Shown here: in pieces, positions 8,855 through 14,914 of the stretch
How the letters are laid out: every line of letters starts with the position of its first letter
Position numbering within the stretch: position 1 is the stretch's first letter
Assembly (NCBI GenBank): GCA_963727825.1
Contig: CAVSHO010000005.1
Coordinates: forward strand, 1 to 14,914
Source of the DNA: Ignavibacteriota bacterium
GTDB taxonomy: Bacteria; Bacteroidota; Ignavibacteria; UBA10030
Length of the DNA stretch: 14,914 nucleotides
Direction of reading: 5' to 3'
The notes under the pieces: model-generated
Told to the model about the DNA's origin: nothing
Databases searched by the model: none
Seen by the model: the letters and a program-made list of their open reading frames with translations, nothing else
Program-made: the position numbers and the translations under genes

Positions 8855-10312
8855 TTAGTTTATCTTACGCCAGCTTGTGCCATCTTTCTTATCTTCGATT
8901 ATAAAACCAATAGTTTTCAAACCATCACGAATAATATCTGACAACGTCCAAAGCTTTTGCTTGCGCACTTCTGCTCGAATACTTACGACCAAATCCATGA
9001 GATTTGATTCTGTCTTTACTTCACCACTTGCCGATTGAATTTGGTTCGGAATAATTCCAAGGATATTACCACCGAGTTCGTTAAAGAGTTGATCAATCTG
9101 TTTAAGCGCATCAATACTAAGCTTTTGTTCTGAGTTAAGCGACTGATTTGTCTCACGTGCCAAATCAAATAACACACCGATAGCAAGCGGTGCATTGAAA
9201 TCATCGTCCATCGCTTCTAAGAAATGTTTTTGATGCGATGAAAGATCCATTCGTGCTCCATTTGTCCGCTGCTCAGATTCGGCTTTCTTTAATTCATTCC
9301 GGAGATTGCGGATGGTATTCAGCAATTTATCATATCCAGTATTCGCTCCTTGCAATGCTTCGTCGCTGAAATCCAATGTGCTGCGATAATGGCTTTGCAG
9401 TATGAAAAACCGTATTACAAGAGGATCATATTTCTTGAAGGCATCTTTCAGCGTTACAAAATTTCCGAGCGACTTGGACATTTTTTTCCCATTAACCGTC
9501 ACAAGGTTGTTATGAATCCAGTATTTCACAAACGGTTTCCCGGTTGCAGCTTCACTCTGCGCAATTTCGCATTCGTGGTGCGGAAATTGGTTATCCATTC
9601 CGCCGCCGTGAATATCAAATGTCTCGCCAAGATATTTCATCGACATTGCAGAACATTCTATGTGCCATCCAGGAAATCCTTCGCCCCACGGGCTCGGCCA
9701 GCGCATAATATGTCCGCTTTCTGCTTTCTTCCACAGTGCAAAATCAACTGGATGCCTTTTCTCTGAACGCGATTCGACACGTGTTCCTTCTACAGATTCC
9801 TCTAGTGCACGTCCCGAGAGTCTGCCGTAATTCTTAAACTTCTGCACGTCATAATAGACGGAACCGTTCACTTCATAAGCATATCCTTGATCTAGCAAAC
9901 GCTTAATAATTTCGATTTGTTCAATAATATGTCCCGATGCTCGCGGTGAAATATCCGGGCGGCCGATTCCAAGTTTATCCATATCTTCAAAATAACTGCG
10001 CGTGAACATTTCTGCTATCTGCATTGGATGGACGCGATCAAGATGCGCTTGTTTGACGAGTTTATCTTCACCTTCATCAGCATCATCGGTAAGATGACCA
10101 ACGTCGGTGATGTTTTGAATATAGCGCACCTCGTTGCCAAGATAACGCAAGTATCGAACAATGACATCGAAGGAAACATAACTTTTTGCATGACCAATGT
10201 GTGAATGGCTATACACGGTAGGTCCGCACACATACATGCCTACATATCCGTCGTGAATCGGTTTGAATTCTTCTTTATTTCGGCTTAATGTGTTATAGAT
10301 AAAAAGAGACAT
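8855..10312 (-). CDS. cysS: Cysteine--tRNA ligase
   Basis: [55 protein letters not shown] and AMDDDFN motifs. Confidence 0.99.
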   Translation of the reverse strand: MSLFIYNTLSRNKEEFKPIHDGYVGMYVCGPTVYSHSHIGHAKSYVSFDVIVRYLRYLGNEVRYIQNITDVGHLTDDADEGEDKLVKQAHLDRVHPMQIAEMFTRSYFEDMDKLGIGRPDISPRASGHIIEQIEIIKRLLDQGYAYEVNGSVYYDVQKFKNYGRLSGRALEESVEGTRVESRSEKRHPVDFALWKKAESGHIMRWPSPWGEGFPGWHIECSAMSMKYLGETFDIHGGGMDNQFPHHECEIAQSEAATGKPFVKYWIHNNLVTVNGKKMSKSLGNFVTLKDAFKKYDPLVIRFFILQSHYRSTLDFSDEALQGANTGYDKLLNTIRNLRNELKKAESEQRTNGARMDLSSHQKHFLEAMDDDFNAPLAIGVLFDLARETNQSLNSEQKLSIDALKQIDQLFNELGGNILGIIPNQIQSASGEVKTESNLMDLVVSIRAEVRKQKLWTLSDIIRDGLKTIGFIIEDKKDGTSWRKIN

Positions 10313-10320
10313 ATAATATC

Positions 10321-10355
10321 AGGTTTTAGGTATTAAGTGATAGGTTTTAGGTTTC
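10321..10355 (+). repeat. Tandem heptamer array (AGGTnnn x5) downstream of the four-helix-bundle gene
   Basis: AGGTTTT AGGTATT AAGTGAT AGGTTTT AGGTTTC, with degenerate in-phase units GGGATTT AGATAAC continuing to 10369. Confidence 0.9.
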
Positions 10356-10360
10356 GGGAT

Positions 10361-10744
10361 TTAGATAACTTTCTTGTATTTTTTCCCGCTTCTTTCTCTC
10401 ACGCTTGCAATAAAACTATTTAGCATTTTTTGTTCTTCGGAAAGCAATTGAAGAATAGGATCAACTTTGGTTTTTGAAATAAGACCTACATTTTTAGTAA
10501 TTGTTAATTGGGTTTCAAGTTCATAAGCCGAGCCAATCGCCATCTCTAAGAATCTCTTGAAATCAGGTTCACTATTCCGACTACATCCTTCGGCAATATT
10601 TGATGGAATAGAAACTGCTGCCCGCTGTAATTGAGTCTTCAATCCATAAGTTTCATCCTTAGACAATAAAGCTGTAAGCTCATAAGTACGAATGACAATA
10701 TCCATTGCTTTTTGCCATATTAAAAGTTCTCGAAAATTTCTCAT
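10361..10744 (-). CDS. Four-helix-bundle protein (23S rRNA intervening-sequence protein / bAvd-like family)
   Basis: F.EL.IWQKAM, E.YGL..QL.RAAVSIPSNIAEG, F.RFL..A.GS..ELETQL are the signature of this family; 127 aa. Confidence 0.95.
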   Translation of the reverse strand: MRNFRELLIWQKAMDIVIRTYELTALLSKDETYGLKTQLQRAAVSIPSNIAEGCSRNSEPDFKRFLEMAIGSAYELETQLTITKNVGLISKTKVDPILQLLSEEQKMLNSFIASVRERSGKKYKKVI

Positions 10745-10782
10745 TACCTTACCTTTTATCTAATACCTTTCACCTAAAACCT
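10745..10782 (-). repeat. Tandem heptamer array upstream of the four-helix-bundle gene, inverted relative to 10321-10355
   Basis: Minus strand AGGTTTT AGGTGAA AGGTATT AGATAAA AGGTA AGGTA then ATG. It fills the whole gap between the recN stop and the ORF start. Confidence 0.9.
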
Positions 10783-12533
10783 TATTTCATCCCAATTAAT
10801 TCTCTTGCACCGTTCAGACTTGCCTCGGTTACTTCTTCACCGCTGAGTAGTCTGGCAATTTCTTGAATGCGATTTTCTTCATTTAACTTACGAATTGTCG
10901 AAGACGTACGATGTTTCGATTCGCTCTTCTCTACTGCAAAATGGCAATCTGCAAATCCGGCAATTTGCGGTAAATGTGTGATGGCGATGACTTGGTGGAA
11001 TTGCGATAAACTCTTCATACTTTTGCCCACTGCCTGAGCTATTCTTCCGCTTATGCCGACATCAATTTCGTCAAATACGAGCAACGGCAGACGATCTGCC
11101 TTGGCAAGAATTGTTTTTAACGCAAGCATAATGCGCGATATTTCGCCTCCGGATGCAACCTTAGCCAATGGTTTCAAGTCCTCACCAACATTTGTCGAAA
11201 GATAAAATTCGATAAAGTCAATTCCGCTTTGTGTTGCGTCGTAAAATTCGCGTCCCAGTTTAACATAAGCACTGTTCGCTTTGCCATCCAATTTTCCCAA
11301 CACGCGATTTTCAATCTTCACATCGAACTGTGCATTTGCAATGCCTAATTTTGCTAACTCCGTGCAGACCGATTTACTAATCTTACCTACCAACTCACGC
11401 CGCTTTGTTGAAAGACGCTGTGCAGCAGCAGAACAAGTTATTCGTTCAAGCTCAATGTACTCATTCAATTTACGAATTTCACTTTCGAAGTTTTCCGCCA
11501 TCGTAAATTCTTTGCCAATCTTCTCGCGACGTTCAATTACAGCATCCAGTGAACCGCCGTATTTTTTCTTAAGGAGCGCAATTTGACCGAGTCGTTCTCG
11601 AATTTGTTCCAAACGCTCAGGATTAAATTCAATCTTTGAATTGTAGTTCTGGATAAACTTTGTAAGTTCGCCAACAATCGCTGCTGCAGAAGCGCATTCA
11701 TTCTTTATATCTTCGAAAGTCGTATCAATCCTTGCAAGGTCTTCAAGTTGGTTGCGTGCTTTCAGTAGTAAATCATATACCGACTGCCCGCTGATATTTT
11801 CCGAATTTAGCCGGGATGGTTCTCCTTCGTAAAGTGACTGATATAATTGCGATGTTGCTTCAAAAAGTTTTTCAGAATTTTCTAAAATGCGCAGTTCGTT
11901 TTCCAGATCACTTTCTTCACCAGCACGTGGATCGACAGCGTCAATTTCTTTAATTTGAAATTCATAAAGGTCGCGCTTTTCTCTCAATTCTTTTTCCTTA
12001 AGCGAGAGTGTACGTAATTCCGTAAAAAGCACCGTTAGCCGGTCGTATGATTCGCGATATTCATCCACTAATTTATCCAAACTTCCGAATTCATCCAGCA
12101 AGCCGATGTGTGTCTCCGGTCGAAGCAATGATTGATGCTCATGCTGACCATGAAGATCGACAAGATGATCACCGATTTCTTTTAGAACCGTAAGCGAAAC
12201 AGGCGAATCATTTATAAAGCAACGTGATTGTCCTTTAATAGAAACTTCACGGCGAAGAATAAAATCTTCCTGTAATTCGATCTCATTCTGTTTCAGAAGT
12301 GCTTTTACTTTTCCGTTTTCCGTTATTCCAAAAATACCTTCAACAACAGCTTTGTCGGTTCCCTTACGTACTACATCAGAACTTGCTCGATCCCCGAGTA
12401 TGAGACTCAATGCATCGATAATAATAGATTTGCCGGCGCCGGTTTCACCCGTAAGAATGTTCAACCCGCTCTCAAATTCGATTTCGACGAATTCGAGAAG
12501 AGCGTAATTTCGGATGGTCAATGATTTGAGCAT
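10782..12533 (-). CDS. recN: DNA repair protein RecN
   Basis: Walker A TGETGAGKS, DLHGQHEHQSLL, coiled coil, LAKVASGGEISR signature, Walker B LVFDEIDVGISG, ITHLPQIA and EIARLLSG. Confidence 0.98.
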   Translation of the reverse strand: MLKSLTIRNYALLEFVEIEFESGLNILTGETGAGKSIIIDALSLILGDRASSDVVRKGTDKAVVEGIFGITENGKVKALLKQNEIELQEDFILRREVSIKGQSRCFINDSPVSLTVLKEIGDHLVDLHGQHEHQSLLRPETHIGLLDEFGSLDKLVDEYRESYDRLTVLFTELRTLSLKEKELREKRDLYEFQIKEIDAVDPRAGEESDLENELRILENSEKLFEATSQLYQSLYEGEPSRLNSENISGQSVYDLLLKARNQLEDLARIDTTFEDIKNECASAAAIVGELTKFIQNYNSKIEFNPERLEQIRERLGQIALLKKKYGGSLDAVIERREKIGKEFTMAENFESEIRKLNEYIELERITCSAAAQRLSTKRRELVGKISKSVCTELAKLGIANAQFDVKIENRVLGKLDGKANSAYVKLGREFYDATQSGIDFIEFYLSTNVGEDLKPLAKVASGGEISRIMLALKTILAKADRLPLLVFDEIDVGISGRIAQAVGKSMKSLSQFHQVIAITHLPQIAGFADCHFAVEKSESKHRTSSTIRKLNEENRIQEIARLLSGEEVTEASLNGARELIGMK

Positions 12534-12544
12534 ACAGATTCGCT

Positions 12545-12574
12545 CAAATGTAAGGAAAAAAGATGGAATTTCAA
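12545..12574 (-). promoter_or_regulatory. Candidate housekeeping promoter for recN
   Basis: Minus strand TTGAAA-16 nt-TACATTTG. The downstream box fits both a sigma-70 -10 (TACATT) and the Bacteroidota TAnnTTTG element. Confidence 0.6.
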
Positions 12575-12599
12575 TGAAAGAGATTCTTCTTGCAGCAAA

Positions 12600-13433
12600 T
12601 CAATTCTGCGGCTGATTAAGTGCATCAATATCAAAAAATAGTATCTGCGGCACGTCGCCGATGATGCCATGAAAGTAAGCATAATTAATAAATTCGGCTA
12701 AGCTTTCTTCTTCCTTTTCAGTAAAATCATACGAGAACAATGAGAGATAACTAGTCAGTTCATTTATAGAAAGATTCTGCTGCTGTGCTACACTCTGTGC
12801 AATTTGTGACTTCAGAAGGACACCGCTATTTTTTGCCGTGAATAATGCCTGCGCTTCCATTTTTGACAATTCTTCTTCACGTCCAACCCAAAATCCATGA
12901 ATATACGGCAAACCCGTCAGGTCATTCCATTCTTCTACAAGATCGAGTGTGAACGTGTCTGCACGAGCGATTATATGCGGATTGTCTTGAACAATTAAAG
13001 CCGCATCGGCTTTTGCTAGCATTGCATTAACATCAGGCATCATCGGAATAAACTGGAGGTTAGAATGCGTTGATTGGTTTTGGTACTTTTCTGATAGAAT
13101 AATTTTTGCAAGAATGATTTCAGACGTAAATCGCACATCAATTGCTATACGTTCAATGTTATGCAGATTGGATTTGAGAATAAGCTGAATTGTGTTTGTC
13201 TGATTGGAAGAAGCAACGCAAATGTTTGGTACTATTCGGTATTCCCCGCCATGCCGCGCATAATCGATGGGCGATAAAAAAGCGCTCCGTATTCCACCGG
13301 AACGCTCACTGAGTTTTATTGCATTTTTTGCAGGGATGTCTATGACCAGATCAAACGGAGATTCTATTCGATCCAATCCAAACAGGAGCGGCTTCAGATA
13401 CAGTGCATCAGATGCTGCAAGCCGCGATTTCAT
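12600..13433 (-). CDS. mqnA: MqnA/MqnD (menaquinone futalosine pathway) family protein, MqnA-like but divergent
   Basis: KPLLFGL, SPIDY, DAALIV and DLVEEWNDLTGLPYIHGFW (family pattern DLGEEW..TGLPFVF..W). TGATG overlap with the rplS stop. Confidence 0.7.
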   Translation of the reverse strand: MKSRLAASDALYLKPLLFGLDRIESPFDLVIDIPAKNAIKLSERSGGIRSAFLSPIDYARHGGEYRIVPNICVASSNQTNTIQLILKSNLHNIERIAIDVRFTSEIILAKIILSEKYQNQSTHSNLQFIPMMPDVNAMLAKADAALIVQDNPHIIARADTFTLDLVEEWNDLTGLPYIHGFWVGREEELSKMEAQALFTAKNSGVLLKSQIAQSVAQQQNLSINELTSYLSLFSYDFTEKEEESLAEFINYAYFHGIIGDVPQILFFDIDALNQPQN

Positions 13434-13774
13434 CAGGCATTTGTTTTTTGAGCAACGGCTTTGGTCGCCAATTCGCGAACATAATAAATTTTTGAGCGGC
13501 GAACTCTGCCATCTTTCACCTTCTCGATTTTTGCAACACTAGGAGAATGCACAGGGAAAATTCGCTCTACACCGACACCGTCAGACATCTTGCGAACAGT
13601 GAACGTTGTATTAATCCCTGAACCGCGCTGACCAATGACAATGCCTTGGAATTCCTGAATGCGCTCTTTATCGCCTTCCTTGACTTTCACATGCACATTT
13701 ACAATGTCGCCGGATTTAAATTTTGGGACATCGGTTTTTAGTTGAGTTGCCTCAACAAGTTTCAACTTATCCAT
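13433..13774 (-). CDS. rplS: 50S ribosomal protein L19
   Basis: [35 protein letters not shown] and [10 protein letters not shown] motifs; lies after trmD; GGAG upstream. Confidence 0.99.
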   Translation of the reverse strand: MDKLKLVEATQLKTDVPKFKSGDIVNVHVKVKEGDKERIQEFQGIVIGQRGSGINTTFTVRKMSDGVGVERIFPVHSPSVAKIEKVKDGRVRRSKIYYVRELATKAVAQKTNA

Positions 13775-13825
13775 TAGTATTTTACTCCACTAAATCAAGT
13801 TACTGTGTATTATCTTCAATTATTT

Positions 13826-14503
13826 TTATGAAACAAAACTATCGCCGCGCAGACGTTTTGTTCTTCGTTCACGCTGCTCCTGCCGCCAGCGATCTATTTC
13901 CTGATGATCTCCTGATAGCAATACATCCGGCACAGTCAATCCGCGAAATTCCGCCGGTCGCGTGAATTGCTGACATCCAAGCAACCCATCCTGAAATGAA
14001 TCTGTCAATGCGGATTCACCATCATTCAACACACCAGGAATGAGCCGCACAACCGTATCCACCACAACTGCCGCAGCCAATTCGCCACCGGTCAGGACAT
14101 AATCACCGATAGAAATCTCGCGTGTAACTAACATTTCACGAACTCGTTGATCGATGCCTTTGTAATGTCCGCACAGCAGCATCAAATTATTTTTTAACGA
14201 AAGTTCCGTTGCAACTTTCTGAGCAAATAACTCGCCGTCAGCCGAAAGAAAAATGATTTCATCATACCGGCGTTGAGCTTTTAGCTCTTCCACACATTCA
14301 AAGAACGGTTCCGGCTTCAGTATCATACCTGCGCCGCCTCCATAAGGGGTATCGTCGATAGTATGATGCTTGTCGTGTGTGTAAGTACGGAGGTCGTGAA
14401 CAACGATCTCTACAATTCTTTTTTCCTGCGCCCGTTTCAAGATACTTTCTTGGAGTGGACTTTCCAACAACTTCGGTAAACCTGTAATGATATCAATTCG
14501 CAT
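13826..14503 (-). CDS. trmD: tRNA (guanosine(37)-N1)-methyltransferase
   Basis: DDTPYGGGAGM, LCGHYKGIDQR, EISIGDYVLTGGE and VPDVLLSGDH motifs. Confidence 0.99.
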   Translation of the reverse strand: MRIDIITGLPKLLESPLQESILKRAQEKRIVEIVVHDLRTYTHDKHHTIDDTPYGGGAGMILKPEPFFECVEELKAQRRYDEIIFLSADGELFAQKVATELSLKNNLMLLCGHYKGIDQRVREMLVTREISIGDYVLTGGELAAAVVVDTVVRLIPGVLNDGESALTDSFQDGLLGCQQFTRPAEFRGLTVPDVLLSGDHQEIDRWRQEQRERRTKRLRGDSFVS

Positions 14504-14914
14504 CAGTCAAGCAATCCATCTATATCGTGAATAGTGATGCGTTTATTTTTGATATCCACATGCCGGATAATCGCTTTAACTGCCGGAATGAGAATTTCCT
14601 TTGCATCTTTTTTAACAACCCATAAATCATTCATCGGAAGCGAGAACAAATCAGCTATTTTGCCAATTGTCGTTTGTTCTTCTGTCACAACTTCACATCC
14701 GATTATATCGTCTATGAAGTAACTTCCATTCCGAAGTTTAACGGCATCCTCTTTAGCAACAAAAAGAAACGAATTCTTTATTTTTTCCGCTTCTTCAACC
14801 GTTTCAATACCATCAAAGTTAAAAACCACTTGTTTGGTATTGATTCTCACATCCATAATCTTCTTCAATTCTACATTAGCCGCATCAAACCCAATCCACA
14901 CATTTTGCAGATTT
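14503..14914 (-). CDS. rimM: Ribosome maturation factor RimM, C-terminal part (start lies outside the window)
   Basis: The frame stays open to the window edge. YFIDDIIGCEV, NDLWVV and EILIPAVK PRC-barrel motifs; TGATG overlap with trmD; canonical rimM-trmD-rplS order. Confidence 0.95.
   Translation of the reverse strand, partial: NLQNVWIGFDAANVELKKIMDVRINTKQVVFNFDGIETVEEAEKIKNSFLFVAKEDAVKLRNGSYFIDDIIGCEVVTEEQTTIGKIADLFSLPMNDLWVVKKDAKEILIPAVKAIIRHVDIKNKRITIHDIDGLLD

Larger units (their letters stand above)
10321..10782. mobile_element. Putative inserted cassette: four-helix-bundle ORF bracketed by inverted heptamer arrays
   Basis: Perfect 11-bp terminal inverted repeat: AGGTTTTAGGT at 10321-10331 and ACCTAAAACCT at 10772-10782. 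No transposase and no clear target-site duplication, so mobility is inferred only. Confidence 0.45.

Noticed and set aside
10321-10782. Reading the repeats as a CRISPR array, a classical IS or a diversity-generating retroelement
   Set aside because: Units are 7 bp with no spacers. There is no transposase or clear target-site duplication, and no reverse transcriptase or template/variable repeat pair in the window.
11220-11310. Second apparent extra segment in RecN (RVLGKLDGKANSAYVKLGREFYDA)
   Set aside because: This loop varies in length among RecN proteins and I see no palindrome in the DNA, so it is probably a lineage feature.
146-14722. All plus-strand ORFs and the short alternative-frame minus-strand ORFs in the track
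   Set aside because: They lie within well-supported minus-strand genes, have no recognisable motifs and read as shadow frames.

Overview
All convincing genes lie on the minus strand. In transcription order (right to left) they are: rimM (partial), trmD, rplS, a divergent MqnA/MqnD-family gene, recN, a four-helix-bundle (23S rRNA IVP/bAvd-like) gene, cysS, a degenerate amidohydrolase, a YjbH-like outer-membrane protein, a frameshifted low-complexity lipoprotein, a FadL/OmpP1-like barrel, a penicillin acylase family gene, a sirtuin (cobB) and pyk (partial). Gene content suggests a Bacteroidota/Ignavibacteria-type chromosome (inference). The most notable structure is a 462-bp unit between recN and cysS, where the four-helix-bundle ORF is bracketed by two inverted arrays of 7-bp AGGTnnn repeats with perfect 11-bp outer ends. 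It looks like a small mobile or self-regulating cassette with no transposase. Other observations are a palindromic in-frame insertion in recN, a one-base frameshift in the lipoprotein, a candidate sigma-54 promoter with upstream dyad boxes, and apparent active-site substitutions in the amidohydrolase and the MqnA-like protein. All calls are by eye; no database searches were run.
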